Sequence record: ON529855.1 | Length of the DNA: 64,000 nt | Reading direction: 5' to 3' (one strand) | The notes under the pieces: generated by a model | Seen by the model: only the letters and a program-made list of their open reading frames with translations | The model's database searches: none | Told to the model about the DNA's origin: nothing | In this document: positions 55,018 through 63,067 of the stretch, in pieces | Layout of the letters: each line of letters begins with the position of its first letter | How positions within the stretch are numbered: position 1 is the first letter of the stretch | Program-made: the position numbers and the translations under genes

Positions 55018-55127
55018 GCAGAACTTCTTGCCGCCTGACAAGATTCGTGTCACTCAGGATGCACCGTCAGGGATGTCCCCTGCCGGCCCAGGCGGCTGCG
55101 GCCGTCGATCGAAAGGACCTCCGCCCC

Positions 55128-56279
55128 ATGAGCGGCACTGACCTGCGCGTCCGCGCGCACATCACCTATTCCGTCACGTCCTATGAGGATACCGGCAAGA
55201 CCGGCACGAGCCGCACCGTGGGCTCGGGTTTCCCCCTGGACTCCGCCAACGAGGTTGCAGCAGCGGTCTTCGCCGCCGCCGACACACCGCGCGAACTGTA
55301 TCAGATCGCCGTGGACGAGAAGGTCCACGACGTCACCCTCCCCGACGACACCCGCCCGGATTGGCTGGCCGACGCCTCGCACTGGTTGGCGCTGCGCCCG
55401 CCGGGCACCTTGGTCACGGTCGAGCGGGTCGGCCCCGATGACCGGATGCATGCGCGCCTGTCGATCTATGAGCCGGTCAAGAGCCGGCCTGGTTTGCGGC
55501 TCGATACCACTGGATTCGAGATCAAGAGCACGCTGAGTTCGGTCGAGAGCGCCATCGGGAGCGTCGCCGATACGGTCAAGGATTCCATCATGCGTGAGAT
55601 CAGCCGCATCAACCTGCCCGAGCGGTGGGATGACCTGTCGAGCGAGACCACCCGGCGTGGGCTGGAAGCCTTCATGGCGGTCCAGACGGTGGGCAAGGAT
55701 GCCTGGCGGGATCATGAGATCGAGGGGATGGTGAATCGCATCGCTCAGCGGACCGGCAAGGCCAAGGTCGACCTGCGGCGCATGTTTGAGAACGCCCAGG
55801 AGCGGGTGATGGAGGCCAAACGCATCCTGGCGGACGCCGTCCCGACCAAGGCGCCCCTGACCGCGCGTGAAGAGCACTACTGCAAGAACCGCGCGAAGGG
55901 TTGCACGCCCCACGACGCGGCGCGCTATGCGGGGTTCCTCAACGATCCGACGTCGCCGTTCAATACCGCCCTGCTGGAAAACTCACCCCCGATCCAGGTG
56001 CGGATCGCGGAACTGGTGGAGAAGGTCGAGTTCCAGGTCGGCGCCGCCGTCTGGGAAGTTCCGGCGGACAAGGCGCCGAAGAACGGCTCCTACCGCCTGG
56101 ACAACGCCACGCAGGAGTTCTTCGCCATGAACATCGGCTTCTACGGCATGACGGTCGAAGCGGCCGCCAAGCAGATGAGCCTGCCGCTGGAAACAGCGGA
56201 CGGTCTGATGCAGATGCCGTCGGTGGAGGCGCGGATCAAGTTCTTCCAGCGCTGCGCCGCCTGGGGCGAACGCGGATGA
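55128..56279 (+). CDS. probable DNA-binding protein with two C-terminal TerS-like HTH repeats (383 aa)
   Basis: AAAGGA RBS; LTAREEHYCKNRAKG-TPHDAARYAGF and LDNATQEFFAMNIGFYG-TVEAAAK. Confidence 0.7.
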   Translation: MSGTDLRVRAHITYSVTSYEDTGKTGTSRTVGSGFPLDSANEVAAAVFAAADTPRELYQIAVDEKVHDVTLPDDTRPDWLADASHWLALRPPGTLVTVERVGPDDRMHARLSIYEPVKSRPGLRLDTTGFEIKSTLSSVESAIGSVADTVKDSIMREISRINLPERWDDLSSETTRRGLEAFMAVQTVGKDAWRDHEIEGMVNRIAQRTGKAKVDLRRMFENAQERVMEAKRILADAVPTKAPLTAREEHYCKNRAKGCTPHDAARYAGFLNDPTSPFNTALLENSPPIQVRIAELVEKVEFQVGAAVWEVPADKAPKNGSYRLDNATQEFFAMNIGFYGMTVEAAAKQMSLPLETADGLMQMPSVEARIKFFQRCAAWGERG

Positions 56280-56509
56280 AGCGCCTGTTCGATGACGCCC
56301 AGAACTGGACGCTGGACGGACAGGAGGCCCTGCGGATCGCCGGCACGCATATGCGGGCGGCGGTCGCTGAACTGGTCGCGGCGGGGTTCTCCTGCCGCGA
56401 CGCCGGCCTGGTCCTCCACGAGGAGGTGACGATGTCGGTCGCATTGCACCACATCGCACCTCCGCTTCGGGCGAACGTCGAGGCCTTCCGCGCGGAAGGT
56501 CCGCAATGA
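56276..56509 (+). CDS. hypothetical protein (77 aa), paralog of next gene
   Basis: MKRLFDD--NW...G-S-RDA--VL. Confidence 0.65.
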   Translation: MKRLFDDAQNWTLDGQEALRIAGTHMRAAVAELVAAGFSCRDAGLVLHEEVTMSVALHHIAPPLRANVEAFRAEGPQ

Positions 56510-56853
56510 AGCGCGTCTTCGACGACCACGGCCTCTGGAACCCGGAGGCTCACGCCGCCGGGCTCCGGGCGCTGCCCCTGGTGAAGCAGGCGTTTGAACT
56601 GCTGCTGGGCGAGGGCTACAACCCGCGCGAGGCGCAAGCGCTGCTCAACGCCACGGTGGATGAGGAGACGCTGGACCGCATCCTTGTGGTCAAGGAGCGG
56701 CTTCGACTGAAGCAGGCCGGGCACGCCGAGGCTGAGCGGGTCGGAAACCTGCGCCGGCATCTGCCGTTCCCGCCGGCCGACCACCCCGTCTTCACGCCCG
56801 AGCACAAGCAGAAGGCCTTCGACCTGGTGCGGCCTGAAGGCGAATCGGCATGA
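56506..56853 (+). CDS. hypothetical protein (115 aa), paralog of previous gene
   Basis: MKRVFDD--LW...GYNPREA-ALL. Confidence 0.7.
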   Translation: MKRVFDDHGLWNPEAHAAGLRALPLVKQAFELLLGEGYNPREAQALLNATVDEETLDRILVVKERLRLKQAGHAEAERVGNLRRHLPFPPADHPVFTPEHKQKAFDLVRPEGESA

Positions 56854-57125
56854 GCCCTGGATACAAGGCGGTCGCGGTCCAGGACGGGTTCCTCCGAAAC
56901 CGATACGGTTATGAGCAGCGCGTTGCGCCCGGCTGCTTCACCATTGTGGACGTGCACGACAACCCGATCCGCACCCACGACGGCTTCGCGGTCTTTGCCA
57001 GCCTCAAGGAAGCGGCCTGGTGCGCCGAGTTGATGTGCGGCGCCTATTTCGAGGGCGAGGCCAGCGTCAAGGCGGCGATGCGCAACCTGCTCGACATCCC
57101 GGAACCACCGGACGACGAAGACTGA
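56850..57125 (+). CDS. hypothetical protein (91 aa)
   Basis: ATGA overlap. Confidence 0.65.
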   Translation: MSPGYKAVAVQDGFLRNRYGYEQRVAPGCFTIVDVHDNPIRTHDGFAVFASLKEAAWCAELMCGAYFEGEASVKAAMRNLLDIPEPPDDED

Positions 57126-57132
57126 AGGCAGC

Positions 57133-57160
57133 TTGACGGTATGGAGGCAAGCGTGCTACA
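57133..57160 (+). promoter_or_regulatory. sigma73-type promoter TTGACG-N16-GCTACA for the tRNA unit
   Basis: Matches the Caulobacter TTGACG / GCTANAWC consensus. Confidence 0.75.
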
Positions 57161-57169
57161 AAACGCCCC

Positions 57170-57202
57170 ATGCTGATCGCCCTGAGAATCAGGACTGCCT
57201 AA
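57170..57202 (+). CDS. putative leaderless leader peptide MLIALRIRTA with AGA and AGG codons
   Basis: ATG CTG ATC GCC CTG AGA ATC AGG ACT GCC TAA near the predicted start site. Confidence 0.4.
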   Translation: MLIALRIRTA

Positions 57203-57228
57203 GCGCCCCAGACCACCGGGGCGCTTTT
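57201..57228 (+). terminator. Terminator-like hairpin between promoter and tRNA
   Basis: AAGCGCCCC...GGGGCGCTT-TT ending 1 nt before the tRNA. Confidence 0.6.
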
Positions 57229-57229
57229 G

Positions 57230-57304
57230 GCGTCTATGGTGTAGCGGACAGCACATCGATCTTCTAAATCGAGAGCCCTGGTTCGAATCCAGGTAGACGC
57301 GCCA
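57230..57304 (+). tRNA. tRNA-Arg(TCT)
   Basis: Acceptor GCGTCTA/TAGACGC, D stem GTGT/GCAC, anticodon stem TCGAT/ATCGA with loop CT-TCT-AA, T arm CCTGG-TTCGAAT-CCAGG, encoded CCA. Confidence 0.97.
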
Positions 57305-57359
57305 TCACTCCTGCGCTGCGCGCCGTCGTGACCGGCTCCGCCGGCCGCACCTCCGGTCG
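57305..57359. repeat. Dispersed GNA-mini-hairpin repeat, copy 5, abutting the tRNA CCA
   Basis: GCGC-TGC-GCGC and CCGGC-TCC-GCCGG, ACCTCCGGTCG. Confidence 0.8.
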
Positions 57360-57483
57360 ATAACGCTCAAAATGACCACGCCCGGCACAGCCCAGCAGCC
57401 GAACCGGCTGTTCCCGTTCGGGATCATTTCGACCAGGACCGGCACGCCCGACACGATTTGTTCCCGTTCGGGATCAAGGCTCG

Positions 57484-57759
57484 TTAACGTCGAGCGACAC
57501 CCCGCCCCACCAGGACTTCTCGCAAGGTCTGGATCGTTTTGGCTCCCCACTCCAAATCCGTAATGCTGTTGGCGCCTCGAAACATGGCGCGGTCAAGCGC
57601 GATCTGGAGTTCACCGTCAGGCAGGTGCTGGAGTTCGCGCAGGGCGTTCACGGCCAGGGTTGAAGCCTTGTCGGCTTCCCGCAGACCTTCAGCAACAAAG
57701 CCGAACATCACGGCGTTGATCAGACGTATGGCGGCAGGGTGGATGGTTTCATCGGTCAT
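57484..57759 (-). CDS. hypothetical protein (91 aa)
   Basis: Coding-like; GGAGA upstream. Confidence 0.6.
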   Translation of the reverse strand: MTDETIHPAAIRLINAVMFGFVAEGLREADKASTLAVNALRELQHLPDGELQIALDRAMFRGANSITDLEWGAKTIQTLREVLVGRGVARR

Positions 57760-57827
57760 GAACTTAGTGTCTCCAAAGCGAACCGTGCCGTCAACGTGAC
57801 GCTATCCGGCAAACTGTGCCACTCGGA

Positions 57828-58217
57828 TCAGGCGCGGCGCACCAACGGCGTGTCGACGAAACGCTCGTCGGCGAACATCACCCCGACCAGCGCATAGAGG
57901 TCGGGATCAGCGGCGAATTCTTCCACCACGTCCATGACGAACATCTCGGCCGTCCAGCCCCAGCCGTTCGCCTGAACGATGGCCTGGTTCAGATCGAGCA
58001 GGCGCTGCACGGCTCGTTCGTCCCACACATAGAGGGCGCCGCCGAAGACGTTGCTTTCGGCTTCCGTGAAGACACGGTGCTTGAGATCGGTGGTCTGGAG
58101 CCAGGCCAGAGCCCGCTCCAGGGTCCACCCCGCCATAACGATGGTGCCCAGCGGCAGATACCCCATGGGCTTGTCGCGGCCGACCCGCAGGAGATCGTTC
58201 ATATAGGCTTCGGACAT
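57828..58217 (-). CDS. conserved phage hypothetical protein (KP-GYLP...GALY--D motif)
   Basis: AGGAGG RBS before ATG 58217. Confidence 0.75.
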   Translation of the reverse strand: MSEAYMNDLLRVGRDKPMGYLPLGTIVMAGWTLERALAWLQTTDLKHRVFTEAESNVFGGALYVWDERAVQRLLDLNQAIVQANGWGWTAEMFVMDVVEEFAADPDLYALVGVMFADERFVDTPLVRRA

Positions 58218-58282
58218 GGGTCCTCCTGGTTCAGATATGACGCGTTCGGCCACGCAAGGCGTCAGATATGACGCAGGCGGGA

Positions 58283-58891
58283 TCAGTCGTTGCCGTAGGG
58301 GTGGATGGTCCGCTCCGCGTACAGGTAGGCGTTGTCCTCGGACAACACGCCCTGGCGCTGGCCGTCGCTGTCGTAGCCGATGCGCTCCTTGAGCCGTTCG
58401 GTATAGTGCTTGAGCCAGACGGCGGCCGCGACCTCGGACTTGAACGAGCGTTCCGTCAGGCGGCTGTAGTGGCACAGCCAGCGCGCGCGGTGGTTGGGCG
58501 GCGCGGCGGCGATGTAGGTCTCGCGCACCCCCGTGTCTGAATAGTCCGCCATGACGTACCGGCGCACCGTATCTTCGGCTTCCGTGTAGATATGGCGCTC
58601 GGTGATGACGAAGTTCGGGTATTCCTTCCCCACGGCGCGCGAGATCACATACTCGGGAAACTGCGCCGTGAAGGCGGCCTTGCGCTCGGCCTCTACGGCG
58701 TCGTAGGCGTCCCAGAGCGGACGCCACAGAAGGTCGTTCTCGGCCATCTGGGCGCGCTCGCGCCCGTTCGCTCGGCGGTTGAACTCTTCCCAGGACACTG
58801 GGTTACGCCCCGGCCAGATGAACCACATCAGGAAGACGCACAGGGCGAGCACCACCAGGGCGCCGATGATGTAGCAGGTGTAGTCGGGCAT
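58283..58891 (-). CDS. membrane-anchored hypothetical protein (202 aa)
   Basis: AGGAGG RBS; N-terminal TM; promoter at 58922. Confidence 0.75.
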   Translation of the reverse strand: MPDYTCYIIGALVVLALCVFLMWFIWPGRNPVSWEEFNRRANGRERAQMAENDLLWRPLWDAYDAVEAERKAAFTAQFPEYVISRAVGKEYPNFVITERHIYTEAEDTVRRYVMADYSDTGVRETYIAAAPPNHRARWLCHYSRLTERSFKSEVAAAVWLKHYTERLKERIGYDSDGQRQGVLSEDNAYLYAERTIHPYGND

Positions 58892-58921
58892 GAGGTCCTC
58901 CTGGGTTGTCGTCGAGGATGG

Positions 58922-58948
58922 TGTAAAGGAATGATCTGCGCCAGTCAA
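58922..58948 (-). promoter_or_regulatory. Class-2 phage promoter
   Basis: TTGACTGGCGCAGATCATTCCTTTACA. Confidence 0.75.
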
Positions 58949-59286
58949 GCCGCGAGCGCGGCGATGGTCAAGGCGACCGCCGCCAGCGTGATCATCTTGC
59001 CCGATCCCCTGATCAGGCTGTCACCATAGGAGAGCGAGGCCGGGTCGCCCCAACTCCGGCGCTCCCGCCCCGCGAGCGTCATCATGCCGGCGAACAGGAC
59101 GAGGAATCCGGCGGTCGCCAGGAAGGTCAGCACGGCCCACCCCACCGACAGGGGGAAGAAGGCGAACATGCCCCAGACCAGAAACAGCCCCAGGCTGAAC
59201 CCGCCTTCAATGTCACGGTGCAGCGGCTCGTAGTCGGCGGCCGCCATGCGGGCCGAGACGAGGCGCAGGTGAGTTTCACGATCCAT
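58945..59286 (-). CDS. three-TM membrane protein (113 aa)
   Basis: Hydrophobic segments. Confidence 0.65.
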   Translation of the reverse strand: MDRETHLRLVSARMAAADYEPLHRDIEGGFSLGLFLVWGMFAFFPLSVGWAVLTFLATAGFLVLFAGMMTLAGRERRSWGDPASLSYGDSLIRGSGKMITLAAVALTIAALAA

Positions 59287-59809
59287 GCAGGGGTCCTTTC
59301 AAGGCGTCGAGCACCGCCGCGACCGCGACGGGGTTCATGGTGAGCGGCTCGCCCTCGCCGCGCAGGCGGGCGGTCCAGTAGGCGTCCTGCTTCCGAACAT
59401 AGGCGCCCCAGTCCCGGACATGCTGGTCGGGTTGAGCCGGCAGGTCAGCGGTTCCGGCGCGGATGTCGCAGATCACGCCGAACTGCTTCAGGCAGAAGGT
59501 CTCGGCCATCTGGATGGCTTGATCCGTCGCGGGGCCTGGGGCGGCCTCGTAGAGGATCATGGCGTGCCACAGGGTCTCCTGCCCGACGGCGAAGGTCTGG
59601 CGGACATCTTCGCTGATCTCGGCCCCGACGATCTGCAACACTCCCGCGTGGAACCCTTGCAGGAAGTCGAAGGCGGTCCGACGCCCGTCATCATCGGCCG
59701 CGTCCGCCACCGCGTAGATGCGCTCCAGCGCGTCCAGCACCAGGACGTCTTCAGTCCCGCGCTGACAGGCGTAGGCGAACGTGGCGAGGTCGTCGGCGCG
59801 CTGGGTCAC
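59276..59809 (-). CDS. hypothetical protein (177 aa)
   Basis: Overlapping operon. Confidence 0.7.
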   Translation of the reverse strand: MTQRADDLATFAYACQRGTEDVLVLDALERIYAVADAADDDGRRTAFDFLQGFHAGVLQIVGAEISEDVRQTFAVGQETLWHAMILYEAAPGPATDQAIQMAETFCLKQFGVICDIRAGTADLPAQPDQHVRDWGAYVRKQDAYWTARLRGEGEPLTMNPVAVAAVLDALKGPLHGS

Positions 59810-60120
59810 GCGGCAGTCTCAGGGTCGACCAGCGCCAGATGTTCGCGCAGGATGCCGTAGGCCTCGTCGGCTGACAGGTGGCTGTCGAGCAACTGTCGAG
59901 ACAGGAAGTGGCGATTGGCGTCGATCTTGTGCGGCCCGTCCGCCACCCGATTGATCTCCAGCGCCCGCACAGCCTCGTCGATGGTCTGGGCGTCCACCAA
60001 GGCCGCCGAGGGCGTCGGCCCGCCGATGGTGGTTTGGAACAGTCTCTGATCGACCACGCGTAGAGTCGAGGCCATGGCGCGCAGGCGGTCGAGCAGGGAG
60101 GTGGCTTGATCGTGGGTCAT
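59806..60120 (-). CDS. hypothetical protein (104 aa)
   Basis: TGATG coupling. Confidence 0.65.
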   Translation of the reverse strand: MTHDQATSLLDRLRAMASTLRVVDQRLFQTTIGGPTPSAALVDAQTIDEAVRALEINRVADGPHKIDANRHFLSRQLLDSHLSADEAYGILREHLALVDPETAA

Positions 60121-60530
60121 CAGGATTCTTTCAGTTCGGACGGAAGTTCAAACAGGTGGCGCTCGCCGACCCGGTCGCGCCAGGCGTTGATCATTGAGAT
60201 GGAAACGGCATATCTGGTAATCTCGGCGTCGAACGTGGCGCGGACGTTCATGGCGCTTCGCAACGCCTGCGCCCTGGGGTCTTCCCGCATCTGGACCAGA
60301 TGCTTAGCCAGGGCCTCCAGGGGCGTAGGCCGGAACAACAGGATGTCGAGAATGATCGACAGGTTCGACCGTCCCACCCGGCCCATGACCGCCTCGTGGA
60401 TGGCGGTGTTCGCGGCGGCGGCGGCCATCCCAGGCTTGACGCCGAAGGCCCGGCAGACGGGTGCCGCGATCTCGGGGTTCGCCTGGAGGTAACGCACGAA
60501 GACGTCCACCGCGTCAGGACGCCCGCTCAT
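60120..60530 (-). CDS. hypothetical protein (136 aa)
   Basis: ATGA overlap. Confidence 0.65.
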   Translation of the reverse strand: MSGRPDAVDVFVRYLQANPEIAAPVCRAFGVKPGMAAAAANTAIHEAVMGRVGRSNLSIILDILLFRPTPLEALAKHLVQMREDPRAQALRSAMNVRATFDAEITRYAVSISMINAWRDRVGERHLFELPSELKES

Positions 60531-60859
60531 GCGTCGCCCTGGTAGGCCGCGAAGAGGCGCTGCGCTTCGGCGGCGCGCTTCAGCCGCCCGGTGATGCCGG
60601 ACTGGATGACCTGCTCGCAGTAGGCCTTGGCGGCGTCCGCCGTCTCGAAGCCCAGCTTGCCGTTGTTGTTGACCAGCGCGCCCCACTTATGCGTCTCGAA
60701 GTCGAAGCCGATGTTCACGCGGGCCTCGTAGTCGCCGTGGATCAGCTTCCAGACGGGCTCGCCGTTGTTCTCGCCGGCGTTGCGCCACGTCATGGTGCGG
60801 TCGCCGACCGGCTCGGGGGTGAAGCGCTCCTGGGCCAGCGGATTAGGGGCGTCGATCAT
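60527..60859 (-). CDS. hypothetical protein (110 aa)
   Basis: GAGGAG RBS. Confidence 0.7.
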   Translation of the reverse strand: MIDAPNPLAQERFTPEPVGDRTMTWRNAGENNGEPVWKLIHGDYEARVNIGFDFETHKWGALVNNNGKLGFETADAAKAYCEQVIQSGITGRLKRAAEAQRLFAAYQGDA

Positions 60860-61101
60860 GCGATCTCCTCGAAGTTGATGCGGGCGATGAAATAGCGCTG
60901 CGGGACTCGGTCCCAGGCGTCCTTGGTGGTCTTCAGGCGTTCGGCGCGGCGATCGTTCGCGCTCTTCAGGAAGGCCTGGGCCTCGGAGAGGTCCATAGGG
61001 ACCGAGACGCTCCAGACCTTTCCGCTCCTCTCGATACGGACGACGTAAATCTTGTCCTGCTCAACAGGGGCGGGCGAAACAGATACTGATACAGCAGTCA
61101 T
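60856..61101 (-). CDS. hypothetical protein (81 aa)
   Basis: AAGGGA RBS; promoter at 61128. Confidence 0.65.
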   Translation of the reverse strand: MTAVSVSVSPAPVEQDKIYVVRIERSGKVWSVSVPMDLSEAQAFLKSANDRRAERLKTTKDAWDRVPQRYFIARINFEEIA

Positions 61102-61127
61102 GGGGTCCCTTCGGTTGATGTCGTCGA

Positions 61128-61154
61128 TGTAAAGGAACGATTTGCAGATGTCAA
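61128..61154 (-). promoter_or_regulatory. Class-2 phage promoter
   Basis: TTGACATCTGCAAATCGTTCCTTTACA. Confidence 0.75.
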
Positions 61155-61395
61155 TCGAAATATCACCCATTGTCAGCCCGAGAGAGTTGACAGACGTCAA
61201 TCACCCCGTTAGGAGTGCCGTCGTTGGTGGCGCTCCCACCCTCTCCCGAGGCGACGGTCAGACGGATCAAGAGGGTGACGTGGTAGGAGCCATGATTTTG
61301 ATGAGGCCTGCCGGATCGCCGGCGTGAACGCGGGCCAGTCCGAGACATGCGGGTTCGACTCCCGGCCGCCGACCTAAATTCACTGGAGGGGCCGC

Positions 61396-61842
61396 ATGAC
61401 CACGATCGCCGAACTGCTGGAGCAGTCCCCCGCTCGCGTGGAAACCGGCATCGAGATGCTGGTCGGCTCGCGCTACAACCACGTCCAGGAGGTCGAGGAC
61501 CATCACCTCTACGGACTGATCTATAACGCCGACTTCTGCCCTCGGGTCGAGCAGCACATCTTCCACGAGGCGGTGTACGACTACCGCCGGGCCTGGGTGC
61601 TGTTCGGCGTGCGCTTCAACGGCGCCTGGGTCATGCTGTGCTCGAACGCCGGCCGTGAACTGGACGACTACGCCCAACGTCAGGTCCTGGACGCCGAGGC
61701 CTATGTCGCCATGATCGCCTACATTCGGTCCGAACTCGTGCGGCATGGCGAGACGCCGCTGCCCGAGGTCACGCCGCTGGACACCGAAGTCCAATTCACC
61801 TTCTACGGGCATGACGTCCGTGAGCCGCACTACCACTTCTAG
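61396..61842 (+). CDS. hypothetical protein (148 aa)
   Basis: GGAGG RBS. Confidence 0.75.
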   Translation: MTTIAELLEQSPARVETGIEMLVGSRYNHVQEVEDHHLYGLIYNADFCPRVEQHIFHEAVYDYRRAWVLFGVRFNGAWVMLCSNAGRELDDYAQRQVLDAEAYVAMIAYIRSELVRHGETPLPEVTPLDTEVQFTFYGHDVREPHYHF

Positions 61843-61849
61843 GAGCCCC

Positions 61850-62356
61850 ATGAACTTCGCCGACCTCAAGAACCTGCTGGCCCGACACGGCTTCGGCAAC
61901 ATCACCGCGATCAACCATGTCGCGGGATCACTGCGCGAGGCCGGGCTGATCCAGGCCGGCACGAAGACGCCCATGACGGCCGAGGACGCCGTGGCGATGA
62001 TCCTGGGGATGTCGTGCCGGGGGACGGTGCGCGAGAAGTTCCACAACGTGGAGGCGCTGCTGGCGATGCGCGGGCTTAGCTACGGCCACGCGTGGACGGA
62101 TGAAAACCGCACCTTCGGCGCGCTGTTCGCCCACTTGCTTCGGACCTATCAGCCGGACCAACGCCGCCACAGCCTGTCGATCTCGCCCGATCGACCTGTC
62201 GCAACCTACACCTGCCACGACACCTATACGGCGGATTCCTCGGGGATCGCCTACGGCAAAGGGGTGAGCGCGACCGCGCCCCTGGCGCCGGTGATCTGGA
62301 CCGTATCGATCAGCCACGACGTCCTGCATGATGTCGCCCTGTCGCTGCGCGCCTAA
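61850..62356 (+). CDS. possible HTH regulator of alphaproteobacterial prophage type (LREAGL...MT--DA---I)
   Basis: AGGAG RBS; motif recalled, not searched. Confidence 0.6.
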   Translation: MNFADLKNLLARHGFGNITAINHVAGSLREAGLIQAGTKTPMTAEDAVAMILGMSCRGTVREKFHNVEALLAMRGLSYGHAWTDENRTFGALFAHLLRTYQPDQRRHSLSISPDRPVATYTCHDTYTADSSGIAYGKGVSATAPLAPVIWTVSISHDVLHDVALSLRA

Positions 62357-62374
62357 TCCCTCAAGACGCCCAAC

Positions 62375-62410
62375 AAAAAGGCCCTGCCCGTTCCCAGGTC
62401 AGGGCCTTTA
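62375..62410. terminator. Bidirectional terminator between convergent genes
   Basis: AAAAAGGCCCTG...CAGGGCCTTT. Confidence 0.7.
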
Positions 62411-62431
62411 TTAGCAGTCGAGCCGCCTATA

Positions 62432-63055
62432 TTAGACGCCGTAGCCCGGCTCAAGCGCGCGCCGCATGTTCTGGCGCGCCTGCACTTCCAGCGGCTTGAA
62501 CTGCTCGGTGAAGAAGATCGACGGTTGCTCCAGGGTGTGCTGGAGAAAGGCGCGACGCCCCTTCTCATAGGCGTCGGGGTCCAGCCCGCCCGACAGGAAC
62601 TCCAGCTTCAGGTTCTCGCTGTTGCGGTCGTATTCGTCAGGGTCGGCCGCCAGCGGCGCCATGTCCAGGTCGACCATGTGGCGGATCATGTGGCGCACCG
62701 ACGGGTCGTCATGCGGGAACTCGTCCGGATTGTGATTGATCGTCACCAGGATCAGCGCCTCGGCGATCTCCGGCCGAACGAACAGGCCCTTCGCGCGCCA
62801 CGCCTCCAGGCTCTGGCGCTCGTTCCACCCCTTCTCGCGTCCGATCTGGTAGACGCAGTCGTGCGCGGCCACGGCGGTGCGGAAGATCACCTCCAGGTAG
62901 GCCGGGAAGTAGGGCTTGCGGTAGCCGAGGACGCGCAGACCGCGCGTGGCGCCGCTGTCGTGCATCTCCAGCATCTCCAGGACGTGGAAGACGCTGTGGT
63001 AGCGGCGGTGCGGCTCGTCGTAGAGGCGCAGGAGTTCGAGTTGGGTGAGGTTCAT
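62432..63055 (-). CDS. HD-superfamily metal-dependent phosphohydrolase (COG4339-like)
   Basis: Y-EPHRRYH---H, HD-VY, NE--S, D-D---L, Y--GR--FL motifs. Confidence 0.85.
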   Translation of the reverse strand: MNLTQLELLRLYDEPHRRYHSVFHVLEMLEMHDSGATRGLRVLGYRKPYFPAYLEVIFRTAVAAHDCVYQIGREKGWNERQSLEAWRAKGLFVRPEIAEALILVTINHNPDEFPHDDPSVRHMIRHMVDLDMAPLAADPDEYDRNSENLKLEFLSGGLDPDAYEKGRRAFLQHTLEQPSIFFTEQFKPLEVQARQNMRRALEPGYGV

Positions 63056-63067
63056 GTGGGCCTGCGG

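Noticed and set aside
57230-57304. tRNA as a prophage attachment site
   Set aside because: No duplicated tRNA 3' fragment or integrase in the window, and phage-type genes continue on both sides.
57305-57380. Theta (HDV-like) ribozyme after the tRNA
   Set aside because: Does not start with a G-initiated P1 and has no nested double pseudoknot; it matches the dispersed mini-hairpin repeat instead.
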